Below, piece after piece: positions 12,866 through 27,300 of a stretch of DNA of 64,000 nucleotides. Within the stretch, counting starts at the first letter, position 1; each line of letters begins with the position of its first letter. Location of the stretch: positions 1 through 64,000 of the forward strand of contig CBFFRP010000327.1 of NCBI GenBank assembly GCA_965644295.1. The letters are read 5' to 3'. Source of the DNA: Paraphysomonas bandaiensis. Taxonomy: Eukaryota; Protista; Chrysophyceae. A program made the position numbers and the translations under genes. The notes under the pieces are model-generated. The model was not told where the DNA came from and did no database searches. It saw only the letters and a program-made list of their open reading frames with translations.

Positions 12866-13774
12866 TGTAGCACTTGTCATCGTACAACTGTACATCGACG
12901 AAATAAATGTATTGTGCTTCGTAGTGTATTATCTCAATAAAAGCGTTGTTTACCTGAATCAGATTCAACAGAGCGTTCGTGTTAGCTATCGGGCTAATAT
13001 AGTCATATTCATCTTCAATATTCGGTTCGAACTGAAATTATTCTCTGTTAATTATGATTTTGGCTGTTATTTGTTTGTGACTTTATTTCATTGCACAATT
13101 TAAGCAGGGAAACCGAAATGATGACTCATATAATATCATCAAGCATTTCATGTTGTACTCCACCCTTAATCTGATCTAGAAGATCAGAATGATGTCAGTG
13201 CGAGTAACAGCTAGACTTCGCAACAATACTTCAAGAATTTTACTTTAGCGTTCAAATCCCACATCTGATTCTGAAGGTGATTATGGGGCAGTGGTATTCA
13301 GTCCTTTCAGAGTTTGGGTCATGTCGTGATTATCAGGATTGCGTGCGCCACATCAGACATGCAGCATTCGTGTCCGTTGCACCAGCAGAGGTTAATCTTG
13401 AGTACATAAAAGTGGTGATGATGTCAAACACAAGAAGCCTCGTACGACAACAATTACTCCCATATTTATCATCATATTAATTTACGAATTCTAATACCTC
13501 GCAGTTTGCTATTCCCTCAACATCCTTCTGTGGTAGGGGGCGTACATTTCTTGCAGCTATCACTGATTTACTGCTTTGTGCTAATCAAGTACAGTTGCCA
13601 TTCCCATATGTTGATGCCATTGATTTGAAACAATACTTTGCCTTTTGAATTGTTTCTTAATGTTAATCAGGGAACACCTATTTCCACTAATAGCAAGCAA
13701 GCAACAAATAGCTATACATTCTAGATAGTAGGTTTTACGTATGTATCAACACTATCTTCAATTAATCGAAGACC

Positions 13775-16700
13775 TCAGATTTTAGATGAATGTAAGTTGA
13801 AGAAGGAGAGAGCATCCTGCCAATATTCCACAGGAAATCGTGAAGAAAACCCTATCATATACTGTTCGGAAGGAGTACATTCGCTGACCTGCACCTTCTT
13901 TCCCATTACAATACCGTGATTGTAAGTGTCATGCGCCTTGCACGCCGCCTTCATTATATCAACCAATAGCAACGGATTCAATTCTCTGCACATTTCGCGC
14001 AAATTTAACTCATTCTTATAGCACATACATATCAGTGTCGGTGCAAGTTGATATTTTAACCTACATAGAAATTAAATACACAAAGACACCACAATATGTC
14101 TGCTACCTCTCGCTGCTAATATATCGAATTGGAAGGTTGCACAGCTGAACCAGCAGCGATGGCGGGGTTCCAGTGGACATAAAAGCTTGGTTCGCTGAGC
14201 AATCAAGACACAAATATCCCAAGTATACCAGTAGCTGCTCCAATGATCGCTCCAGGTTGTCCATTGTTAACGGAGGTATAGACATTTGAGGGAGGGAGGA
14301 AACTGCTGTATTCTTTTTCCTCTTCTTCAAGGATTTTGCCGCGAAATTGTGAGCAACTGGGAGTCCACTCACAATTTGATCCATCGACCTGATCAGAGAA
14401 TTCAACAATTTCTCGGCTACATGAACAACAAGTGCCTGTAGATCCTGCGGGAGAGATTGTGCTGTCCTAATATCAAAACGGCAGAGTTGATTCAGAGCAC
14501 GAAGTATCTCGTGACAGGTAATGATAACTGATGGAGGATCAGGTACAAACGTGTTAACTGTTCCGGAGTGACCAGGTGTACCGTCCCCTCTCCTTCTGTG
14601 CGCACCATCTTGAAGTAGAAGTGTGCCCAGAAGTGCAACAAGATGCAGCGACAGTTCACTCTCTTCCACAGCTGAGCGTACGACCATACACAGCTCTTTA
14701 ACTTCACTTTCTACCACTCCTGAGATACTTAATTCCGACATGGTTTCAATGACGTCGCTCGGGCTATGTCCCTCCCTGCTATGAACCCTGCATTTAATTT
14801 TACCACCAATCAAAATATGCTTCCCTCTATACATACCTCGACACTGCTGTATATTCCGAAACAAAGGCAGCTAGATCGCAAATAAGTTCAAACACAAATC
14901 TATCTGATTCGCAGTGCCTGGACGCGCCTTGGAGATCCCTCAGTGTGCTTCCAACACTATCTAGAAGGCCCGACGAGGATACATACCTCACCCATGCTAG
15001 TGCTTGTTGGTACCATTTTACTGATGTATCAGAACATTCTCCACGTGAACACTGCGCGATATAATCAGAGCAAAATTGGCATAGCCTTGTGAGCACCACT
15101 AGCAGAGGACAAAGGAGTGTACTCAGCTGATCTGGCCACTTCAAGGGTGCCAGAACCCTCTCATCTGCAGCGCTTGCTATAGCTATTCCACGAATTGGAG
15201 TAGTGTAAGACCCACTAGGAGAGTAGTATGACCGTACAGGCGTACCCATTTCACTGTCGTGAGAGCGAGGAGTCGAAGATTTCTTTTTCTTCTTACCACT
15301 TTTGCTTGCAGATGCCCCATTAGCAGTGGACTTTGGTTTCTGGTACTGTCCTCTTGGAAAGTGCTGGCTGCCCCAAGATTGTACACAGAGAAGTAGGTAG
15401 TGTGCCAAGTCAGCAGCGCCAACACTTGCTCCGGATTCAAATAGCTCTTTCCCATTAATGGCAATTTTGCTACCCTTCTCAGGAACACGAGCACAAGTGC
15501 GCAGTGCCTTACAAAAAATTTGAATAGTGGACTCATTGTTACCAGTGTGTGCAACGGCCTCTCGGAACTTGGCTGGACTGGATAAGCAACCAAAATCTTT
15601 ATCCAACACGTGATTACAGAGCAAGAGGCCGCCACATGAAATGAACTCGTTAATACACAACGAATCGATAGTGGGAAACTGCCTCAGTGCAGCGACCACG
15701 TCCACGGCATCGCTGTGCCCCGATTCCGATACCGCAGTCGGTGACGAATTTTCTCTAATGTCCTGCTTCTGAAGAATCTTTTTGCGCCTCCTGCTCCGCT
15801 TTGAACTGGCACTAGCAGTCGACTGCTGAGAGTAACTTGTATCCTCTGACATCGCTCGTTCTCGTGACAGCACAAGATAGGGAGTCATCCCACCAGCTAG
15901 TATAGATTCAATGCGGTCATTGACACTTCGGAAGTCTTTACAAACATCCACATTTCCGTTCTTCATAGATTCAGCATTAAGAGACCCCCTAGCGTTGTCC
16001 CGGACATCGACAGTCTCAGGTCCATTTACGAGAAGCTGAAATTTCGTCATAGCGGAACATAAGTACTCACCACTAGCTGATGATGAGTCGCCCATTGTTG
16101 TGGTGTTGTTCTCTCTTATGACCTTGTCCAGCAAGGCATGCTCATCCAGCTCCGGACTTTGGCAGGTACGATGCTTCGTTTTGGACTTAGCCTTTCTGGA
16201 AACTGGTGCTACCACATTCATCTCATTCTTAACATCTGTGGTAGCTAAAAGCTCGTCATTACCCACTAAATGTGAGATATCCTCAGCGGAAGTTGTATCT
16301 ACGCTCTCCTTAGCCTCCTTTCTTCGCAACATCTCCGCAATTCTTTCCTCGCGGCGCTGCCGTACAGTCTCCAGCCGATGCTGAATCTTCTCCCATCTGC
16401 ACCCACGTTATCGTCCTATTTCGATTGTGATTGCATATACCCACCTCTCCATCTTCTGCTTTTCTAGTGCTAAGCGTAACTCCGACATTTGCTCGACTTT
16501 CTTGTTGTTTCTCTTTCTCTGCTGGATGGTGATCCCTTTGAGAAGCTCCTCCCTACGCTGTCGTCCTGCCATGATACGGGCCTCCGCTTCGGCTAGGCTT
16601 CTTTGTAATTCGTCCGCCAATGCACTCTCATTGAGACTGTTGATGAACAATACCTCCGACACCTTTATAGTATTTAAGACATTTTAAAAGTGGGGCGATA

Positions 16701-18704
16701 TAACTTCACCTTAGTGTTCTCGTTCCCTGCTTTGCCTCTCACACTTTTAATGTGTTCACTATGTCGTCTTTCCGCCTCGCGCAGCTTCTCTGTGTATGTC
16801 TGATCCGCCTGAGCGATGCGTTGCGCTTCCCTATGTTCGCTTGCTTTCACGCGACTAGACGCCACCATAGCTTTCTGTTTAATCTCCATCACGGTCTTGT
16901 CTCTGTTCGACTCAGCCACGCTCTGTCTTGCTTCCTGTCGCTGTCTAGCTTCTTCAGGAGTGAGGCGACACTTGTAGCGGTCAGGAGAGGAGAGTTTCTC
17001 GTGCAGCCTCCTGTGGGCTGAGGGGGGATTTGATCGGATAGACCCTGATCCAGGAGATGGGAGAGGATCATCGCATCCATCCTCATAGAGAGAACTCTCA
17101 TCAGAGCCACCTGCCGCAAAGCAATATTGCTCACATTGGTGCAGAAGAGTGTGAACAAATCCACGTACCCTGAATTCTCGGGCTGAATTTACTCATTTTG
17201 TCACCTGGGAGTTGACCAGTGGAACATGACGGTGGTCCATCATCAACCTCCACCTCGAGTCCAAATATACTCCTATGCACCCCAGCGCGACCAAACGGAG
17301 ACCCTCCATCACTACTACTGGTACTACTCTGTCGGTCCATTGCACTCCAAGCCTCCTCCTCGGCTCGTAACTCCGCTTCCACCCACGCTTCAGTTTCCGC
17401 CCATACTTTCTCACTCTCGCGTAACAACTAAATTACGACAATATAAAGAACATAAATAATTTTCCACATACACAAAAATCACAACCTCCATGTCAGCATC
17501 CTCATCATGAGTGTTGGTTGTTGTCAATAGAATATTCTGACGACGATCACTGGATACTTCAGTCGCCGGAATATTTTTGAGTGGTTGGAGTGTTCTCTTC
17601 TCGTGACCTTTTTGTGGAGGGGGAGTCACAATGTGGCTGATGCTTATGGGTCGGCTCCATGCAGAAACTGGAGAAGAGTTGAGGTCCCTAACATGCGCAT
17701 TCCCGTCATCATTAGAAAGAGTCTTGGCTTCTGTATCAGTGGAGTTGCAGGGTGCAGACACAGATTCAAACACATCGGACTGACTCTCAGCAGGAGGATG
17801 TTCAACCACACTATCAGCTACGCCGTGATTGGATTGGCTAGATTTCATAGAGGAGACTGAACGATCGGAGGAAGCGCTATCGGGAAATGCGTCGAATTTG
17901 GACGGAGTATCATCCGAATTATTCGACAGTGAATGAGACTGTGTAGCAGTCGGCAAAGATAGCACAGGTACAGGAGATTGGGAGGGCTTACAAATGCTCT
18001 GAGGACAGAAAGGTGCAGCCGTAGCACTTAATTTTGAAGAAGATGCAGAAGTCAGTGTGTTAGTGGAGACAGGCCCTTGTGAAGCTTGAGGTCGTCTGCT
18101 CGTACCAGAATAACTGTCGCCTTCTGAAGCCTGGAGAGCGGATTCCACCTAGTTACATATCGTTTGTAATCAACGACAAAAGAGTTTTCCATAAAATATA
18201 CCTGTTGTCTTCTTCCGCCAAGCGAGGTTTTGCGCACTTCCCAGCTAACTCCTCGCTGGTGGTCCTGCTCGAACCGTCGTTGGTCTGCCATACGCTCGAT
18301 CAGTTTCTCAAAATCCCGCTTACATCTTTCAAATAGTTCTATTCCTTCAACACACCGAGCTTCATTATTTTCATCTTCACAAAGATTATATAATTCATCC
18401 ACAGCACGATTAATATTAGTAAACAAAAAATTCCATAATTTATTTTGAAAGTTTGGATTATTATCATTACGACTCGATTCACTGTCAGACTGTTGTGGTG
18501 ATGGTCTTTTTCTGTGCTTATGTTTTGTATCTGATTCTGATTTTGGAGAGGATTTTATTCGATCAGTTGTTACTGGTGATGGTTCATTAGGTACACGCCT
18601 ATAGGGGGTTATATATATGTATACAGAGTGGATATGTATGTTTACCATGATACGATATTTCGGGCATCAAGTCCTTCTTCAACAATACACTTTACAGCAT
18701 CCAT
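13775..18704 (-). CDS. SCAPER: SCAPER-like protein
   Basis: N-terminus MDAVKCIVEEGLDARNI and LWNFLFTNINRAVDELYNLCE, central coiled coil, C-terminal LCNLPIRY...RFPVEYWQDALSFF. Multi-exon. Confidence 0.85.
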
Positions 18705-19260
18705 AAGAATATAATCCGTTCAAATAATCTCTCTCCTATTAATAATATATACAAGCTCCTCAACTCCTAACATGAAGCCATTGATCTCAATATATGAACA
18801 TCACTGTGTCTATATATACGTCTATGTACACAGCACACAGCAGTATATGTATATGTATATGGCAATACAAGTGCACAAAAAAAATCTCATGAAATCAGAA
18901 CTTTCTGTCATTGTAATGAAAAAATATGGAAATTATGTTTACAATGGTTAGGATTTCAGTTTCAGTTTTGTAAGTTTTTTGTGATAAATAAAAAACTGAA
19001 AAATAAATGTCGCTTCAAGGATCATTTGTTTGTGTGATGGTTCTTGGGTGTTGTTTATGGTGAAATAAAACTATCATGTTGTTATGGGGAAAGTCATACA
19101 ATTCATATTAGGTTGTGCTGCCCTCGACCATATTTGCTAGGTAAGTAATTGTCATTCTGGCTGGAGTTGTGTTATATTTGTGGTGTTTTGAACATGTTAT
19201 GACTATAATCACAATGTACTGTGTTGATTTCTAAAATATATTCTTATTCATTGTAGAAAC

Positions 19261-19564
19261 ATGCCCAAGGATCTTCTTTACCCTTCCCTCGCCGAGGAAA
19301 AGAACAAACACAAGCTTAAGAGATTAATTCAGTCTCCTAATAGCTATTTTATGGACGTTAAGTGCCCCGGATGCTTCCATATCACCACGGTTTTCTCCCA
19401 CGCCCAGGTTAGCTTATGACGAAGTCATTGAAGTCGTCTTGTTTTAACATTGCTTGATGTAGACTGTTGTCGTGTGCACTGGGTGCTCCATGATGCTTTG
19501 CCAGCCTACTGGAGGAAGATGCAGACTCACCGAGGGGTGCTCTTTCAGAAGAAAGGTTGACTAA
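19261..19564 (+). CDS. RPS27: 40S ribosomal protein S27 (eS27)
   Basis: Exons 19261-19407 and 19463-19564 give MPKDLLYP...[42 protein letters not shown]...[22 protein letters not shown]. Likely 5'UTR intron 19141-19256. Not in the ORF track. Confidence 0.97.
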
Positions 19565-21318
19565 ACTTCTAGTTGTGTGCGTAGAGGATCATGGTCGTGT
19601 GGCGAGTATAAATAATTAGCCAAGGGCAGGTCAATTTATTTGTTTTAAACTCTTATCTTGCTTTGATTGTGGATGACATGGTGTTGTTGAGAGGGTGTGA
19701 TATACGAACCTCTTAGCTTGTCGGTAACCATGTACTCTCGACTCTCTAGCAATGGTGTTGACTTTCCGAAATATATTAGGTGTAGTAGTAAGATAGTATT
19801 GACATTAGCCTGCAGCTAAACAGTGCGACCAGTAGTTTCTTACCTGAATCCTGCTTCCATCCGCAACGGCAAGTAAATGTAGTAAGTATACGTACATGTT
19901 AGTAATTTACGTGAATTTCAGTAGTATCATTAACTGTTGATGATAAAGAAGTGCACAAGCTATCAAAATATTAGTAATCATATTCGCTCTTCACCGTGTT
20001 CGATTAAATTCAGTACATCCATGACTGTGAATACTTAATTCTGTGAGCTGGACGATTGGCCTGTGTGAATATCTCGGTCTAAATACGATTATGGACTCCA
20101 ATTAACCAACAGTCTTTCCTGTAGTCTATGATGACATGACATAAAACATTTTAGTGGCGTATTATATATTATATCTATGTGATACGAGTTGACGACATAA
20201 TTTCGACAATGCGTAGGCTATTACTTTTTGGAGACAGCAAATTGAGATTATCACGAAACTAACTGTCTAACTGCCTGTTCGAAGGAATAAAGAATATATT
20301 GATTAAGCATACATGTTTGTTACTGAAAAGTACATTTCTGTTACAAGGTGCTATGTCAGCTTTTCTATTGGCAATGATAATCTAGTAGGTCAGCAATTGC
20401 GATGCTTTACTTTGGATTGGAAAAATATCTGCTCTCAGGGCCATGCGCTGCATCACTAAATTCTGATGTCTGAATTAATGCTAAACGAGACAACTTATCT
20501 TTGTAATAACACCAGAAAGAAGCAACGATGAACTTGGGTAAAGAACGGCTTATTTTGATGTATGTCTTCTATGTCGTGGATATATCACTTGAGTTGTCAC
20601 ACTGGTTTATCTACGCCAGGTCAGAACACTTAAAAACGATGTATAAAACATTAATACTTCTTCTTAAAATAGCATTTATTACAGATTGAGCTGACTGACG
20701 TCTAGGTCAGGCTTCTTCAATCCTAGTTGATATCAATTCTAGTTGATAAATATATAAATATGATTCAACAGAGAGTCATCACAATTATCCTCTATAGCTT
20801 TCTATCTGCCCTACAACATTAGAACTATTGAGTTCATGGATTAATCTTGCCTGAAGTGCATATTGGTAAGTTATCACGGTACATCAATATATTTAACGCC
20901 AATCCTAGTCTCTTCTTACAGATATACAGCTATGAATCTATATAGCTAGATATCCGGATATTCGATTGATATAACACAAAAATCCCATATTTATTTAATA
21001 AATTGCGATTTTTCATAGAATCTACACAGTATTCACAGCAGTGTATGTACTTGTACACTAAAAATGTCTGTATAAATACAAAAATACAAAAAAGAAAACG
21101 TTTCTCCTTGTATTATGTATATATACAGCAGTGTATATGTCTGGCCATATGAAAGATGTGTACAGTTTAATATGGTATGTCTCTCTGCTATAGCACAGTC
21201 ATTACTCAATAGAAAAGCCTTTGAGTATCACCAAATCTGGTGCAATGCCTATCACTGCACCAATGACCTTATCACAGAGCCATAGCTAAGATAATATATA
21301 TATACAGCAGTGTAGACT

Positions 21319-24300
21319 ATGAGAACAGCTAAATCAGTAATGCAGGCCCCCTCTTTCAAGCCTGAGTTAGAATTTGAAGTGATTAAATTAGTTCTACTCA
21401 GAGAAAGATATATTCAACGACTGAAGGATAAGTTGAACACGAAAGGAGGGAAAGTAGATATGGCTATCATAGGGATAATTGATGTTCTTCGGGACTGCTC
21501 TGTTGAGGTAGTAGAAACTATGCTCACATGGGAACGAACGCAGGTATGAAGGAGGCATATCTGTATATCACAGAACTGACTTTATTGCCGTATAGATATC
21601 CTATCCAGATGTGAAGCCGTTTACATGGAATAAGCAGAACTATAAGTTAAAGATGGGTGAGGACATTGCCTTTCTGTCAGATTATCCACAAATTCAGGCA
21701 TGGCTTGGGTTTTCGCCGGCACAAAATCCGTTTTTAGTTCCCCCAGAGGTTCTTACGAATGTTAGTATTGTTCACATATATCCTGGCTCACTAATAATCT
21801 CTGATGTAGAAACTGGAAATATTTGATGAGACCTTCGTCGTTTTCGGACAGAAACCACCTGCTGGTGATCCCTATGCGTCGACCACACTACAATTAGCAG
21901 GTAAATCCAATATCCAGTCCCCCCAGACAAAGCCAGCAACTGATACATTGCGGTCTCGGTCTGCACCGGGGTACGTTCCGACTAAGAGCGTGAAAGCGAG
22001 GTACCTGCAGAGCTCCCCTTACAATACTCCCGTAATCAATGATCCCAACCTTGTACCCGGTCTGACAATAGAGGATAAAATGAGAGCGGAGAATAAACGG
22101 CGAGCAGCGAGAAAAAAAGTAGTTGTGGAAGATGAGGATAGTTTGGACAACGCTCCGTCGGATTTTTTCGAATGCTATTTGTCGGCAGATATGGTGGCAC
22201 GTATACGGCGGTGCTGGAAGGTGTTACTAGATGTGAACCCGGATCTCGCTGGTTTGCTTGACACCATGGATTCAGTATTTAACTTTCGGATGGACGCGTC
22301 ATTTGATACATCACACGCCCAGACTACCGCTCAGAACGGTAGCCAGGTGATACCGGGGGCGACATTAGGTAGTCTCCCGTGGTCTCCACCTGTCACTGGT
22401 GGGCTACAAGAATCCAGCGTCCTATCTGTGACATCGGCTTTTCAGACCTCGATAGATGACACTGCTATTCCACCGACGATAGAAAATCAAACTTTGCGTC
22501 TGTCAAAGATGAGTACAGTCTCAACCTGTAAGACGTGGACTCCGCATGAGCTAGCTCTGCAGAAGGTGGTGCATAAACGCGGGGGTGAGCTGTTCATCCT
22601 GACCGCAGCAAGCACAAAGGGAAGGATGAAGCCGCCCTTCAGACGAACCAGATTTGTGCGATTAGAGGACGAACTGGAGCATCTCATGCAGCAGAGGGAA
22701 CTCATGACTATGAGTCGTGAGGAAGTACTGGCTAAGGTTTCAAGAATGGACAAGGAAGCAGAAAATAAAACAGAGTTCCAAAGTACAAGACAAGAACTGG
22801 AGAATTTGTCTGACACTATTCACCACTTAAAGTGCCGTTGGGATGCCCTCAAATACGTGTATGACAGCTTTAAAACCGTATTTATGGGGGATTTACGGGA
22901 CTTCAATAAACTGGAAAAATTGAAGCGTCTCTCAGATGGCGAGGTGTTACCAGATGACGAAGACCTCTCGGCTGCTCTTGAACACAAGATGGCGTATCGC
23001 ATTCAGTGCCTTTTTGTTCGCGCATTGGCTAAAGGACGGCGAGAGGCATTATCAGAGGCAATGGATAAAGCGGCTCGATTAATTCAGACGGGATTTAGAT
23101 CAATGAGAGGGAGGAGAATATTTCGGGACAGTGTAGCTAAAATTAACGCAGCTAGTATGATGAAGCGGATCAATGAGAAACTGATTGGGATGGCACGTAT
23201 GCTGGCCCTAAAGGAGGAGGCTCGTCGCCGGACAGGAGCAAAACTAATACAGCGGGCGTGGCGAGGGTACAAAGGGAGAGAAAAGATTTATTTAAAGAGA
23301 ATATTTTTGAAACACATTCATGTTGTACGTAAAGAGGCTGAAGAACTGAGTCCGGGTGTTATTCAGTCACTTATAGATGATTTAGAAATATATATGCATG
23401 ATTACGAAAGAGTTATTCCAGTTGAAATTGTAGCAGTTATAAGAGGAATTTTTTACCTACTCAACGGCGACAATCCTGAGTCGATCACTGTAATTGAGGA
23501 CGACGACATGGAGAAACATGATGTGTTTGCCCGCTCACTGACGTGGGTCGAAGCTTTGCGTTGGATCAGAAGAAAAGGAAGGCTACTGCGAAGAGTGCGC
23601 ACTCTGTCGAAGCACATTTGTCTGCCGAATGCGTGTCCTCTTGAGCTCTCGGAGAGTTGTATTGAACATCTCACCGACTTGGTGTCAACTGTCAGCGAAA
23701 AGCAGTTTAGATTCTACCCTGCCAAGCAACCTGTCATTATGCTGTATAGAATTGCGGTTAACATGAAAGCTACATACGATCTTCAGCACTTGTTTCCTGA
23801 GTATTTCGGTGCAAGTACCCCATTATGGTTTCGAGAGCTGCTGGACTATAGATTAGCTTATGAGAAAAGAAATATGGACCACAGAGTAGCTGAGATTTCA
23901 TACCGTCATCTTCACATCTTGAAAGAAGAAAAGATCAAAGCTGGAAAGAAATGGGGCAACATAACAAGTGCATCTGTCAAGGCTTTAAGTGATTTACACC
24001 ATGCTGAGTTTGCGAAACAGTTGGCCTTTGACAAAATGAATAATTACATGGCCAAACTAAAGAAAAATGAAGCTGGAAAACTTGCCAATCTTATGTCTCT
24101 AAAAGACACGACATCTCTCGGTCTTGAAGTGGCTAAAAGAGAAGTGAAAGATTACATTGCTACAACCGAGTTTCCTAATGAATCTATTATCAAAGATTAT
24201 CATCATCAGATTGATGAGAAGTCTATTGCTTTGAGAGAAGTATACACCGATATCATTAATCTCAACGTGCAATCTGAAAGAGACCAAAAATCAAGAGAAT

Positions 24301-27300
24301 TCGAGCATCTCTTTAATTTTGAGGAAATTCATATGTGGTGCGAAGACCTTGGTAGATTAGTGTCGGAAATGCTAATACTGAAAGGACAGTGGGAGGATTT
24401 TATCGACAAGATTGGTGGTCTTCAGTTTGTGGCGGATTTGTATGGAGAAAAGTTGGAGTTCTTTAAAACTACGAAGCAGAAGATATTGGATTGCATTAAA
24501 GAGCGTCGGAGATATACGGGACGTATTCACAAAGAGTTATCCCGTCAAATTAAAGCTATCAAGAAACACGCCGCTGAACTGCGTACGATAGCTTACAATG
24601 AGAGGTCTGACTGGGACACACCATATCCGATTGTGGTCACTGCTGAAGAAGAAGAAGATCTAGACTGTGCTAAGAGAGATGTAGAGGCAGCAAACAGAAA
24701 ATTAAAACAACCGAATTACTTTTTTATCGAACCTGCTAAAATTGTAACGGTTCTGCTTATAGTTGATACAAAGATTCCCAAGAAAACTCGCAAGGAATTA
24801 CTAGAGCTCTTGTTTCAGTATAATTATTCCGTCGCTGTGACACTGGAAGGAACCGACTTTGACAAAGTAATTCCGCCAATTCAAGATGCCATCATGATGG
24901 GTAAAAGCTCCATTCTTTTTGTGGAGAAAGGTATCGACGTTGTTTCGAGGGCAGAGTTTAATGCCTGTTTCAGGACGGCATTGCTGTCTTTTGCTCCTCG
25001 CCCTCGAGTCCTTTCTCTTGACGGGACGTTTACATTGACAGCTGTGAATTGGCACTCCGACTTTGCGCCAATCCAAAGTAGCATGAAAATTGTCACAAAG
25101 AAAAATGAAATGACGTGTCCGCAACTTCTTCTTGGAAAAGTTCGGGGAGTTATAGGGATGCTGCAGCATTGTATGCGTGTCGGGCGTAACAAGCACATTG
25201 ATCCGGTCACAAACAAACCAATTGCAAGCGCATATAACTTCGTGCAAGATTGGCTTCCGGATTTATTTGTGAAGGATATGCAGGCACTAATACGGAAGCT
25301 AACATTATCTAAAGACTACCCCGATATGAATGTTGGATGTATTGAACTAGATCAACCTCCCGCGCAATATGTATCTCAGGCATGGCAAGAGGAAAACACT
25401 GGACATACTCCTCCGTACATTGTACTTGCCGCTGCGATCACAGCAATGCTGGAGACTTGGCTTCCTCCTATTACAGAATGGAGGGGTCGTCACTATCGAG
25501 AAGGTATGCTGGAGTTCCTCCGTCTGAGTGAGGATATAGACGAGTTCATTCGCATGCTGATGCTCTCGCCTTATCCTATAACCACACCACTAACGTGGAA
25601 GCGTGTCGCACCAGTGATGCAGCTCACGCAAGTGTGGGCGCATCTCGCTGCAACGAAGATATACGAAAATCCTGTCATATTTATATTGACTCAGTGGGCG
25701 CTAACGACAGCTAACTTTCTTCATGGAACATATATGTGTGGTGGAACAGTGCCTGTAGAAGACGAACTTCGTATGATAGAGAAAACTCGAGAACTTGTCT
25801 GGGAAGAAGATATATTGTCGGAGCACTTTGATTCTGTAGTTGGAGATATTTTGCACGAATCACTCAGCGGTAATAAGGTATTTCACAGCGATGATTTTGA
25901 CACAAGTACGTTTATTTCGAAGACTAACTTTCGCGACGCAACGTACCAAATGGTGAAGAATGTCACATCGAAGCGAAGCGTATCAGTGTATCATTCGGGC
26001 ACTGATATATTTGTTGAAGTAGGTGTTGAAACTCGTGATGCATCTGGAAAAGATGTTAATCACATCAAAAGATATTTTAATAAATTATCAACATCACAAT
26101 TTATTTCTAGCCTACAACCGAATACCACTGAAATTTATGAGGGCAGGATTCCGAAATTTGTTTTCGATGAAAACTTTGTATGGCCGGAGAAAGTTGCTGA
26201 GTATACGAAGCTAACTGTTCCTCGGGATGGTGTAATTCATCCTGACGATAGAGTTATCGTTGAAACTACCCGTGCAAAATACTTACAGTTGTCATTGTTG
26301 GGACTCATAAATGGTCACTTTTGTCGTGTAGAAATTTCGGAAGAAGGATTCGGAGATTTAACGGGGTCACTTTATGGAATATCGAAGAACAGTTTGAATT
26401 TCCGAATTGACGATGAAACATACAATAAGGTCATGTATCGTTCTGATCACGACGAAGAGCGTGTATACCTGGAAAATTATGACGCATCGTTAATCAGCTC
26501 TATATTTGCTGACCGTCTTACGATTGTGCCGTCAAAACGGATGGAGCGGATCATGAAGTCGGTGAGCAACATATCTCCAAGAGACCCCCACAAACCCATT
26601 GTTATTCCTAAGCGCATGCATTTTCGTCTATCCAAGGGACCGGGTCGACTACTGGGTGAGGTGACAAAGCGTTTTGCTGGATCAACGGTGATAATATCTG
26701 TATTTGAAATTCACGGCGTCTCGGACCTTAATACAATGAGAATTCGTGTTTATGAACCAACGACTTGTCAGACAGTAGAATTCCGTATATCAGGCATGGA
26801 GCGCCTGCTACTCTTTGATCCAAAAGCCAGTGTTCTGGAGCAGCTTATAAAAAGGCTGCGACTGGTAAAGATTGATCGATTGAATATTCCCCGTTGTCCT
26901 ATATTGTACCTGAAGGAGCCCCTAGTATTACCTGTTCAACATACCACTGATTCAACCGAATATGATACTGTGTACGATATTGTTCCACCTTCTGCGACTT
27001 CTGACACAAGTGGTACACCGGATTACTATTTCGGAATTATGTTTGATCGCTCTGCCTTGCGGCAATCTTTTGGAAACGTTGAGCTCGGTGTATCCCTTGC
27101 GCTTCCGTACAAGGGGTTCTTGTGTACAGCATATGATCACACTACATGTATGCTTGTTAGTACTGTTGTGAAGTATGAAAACGCTTGTGGAGTTTTTCTC
27201 GGAAAAGATTTACTGTCATTGATGGAAGAAATTAGTGGCATAGATGATTCAGATGCTGCTATAGACTTACTCGAAGATTTTATTGATGTTGCAGAGATCA

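Noticed and set aside
19141-19462. Intronic snoRNA in RPS27
   Set aside because: No convincing box C/D or H/ACA arrangement in these short introns.
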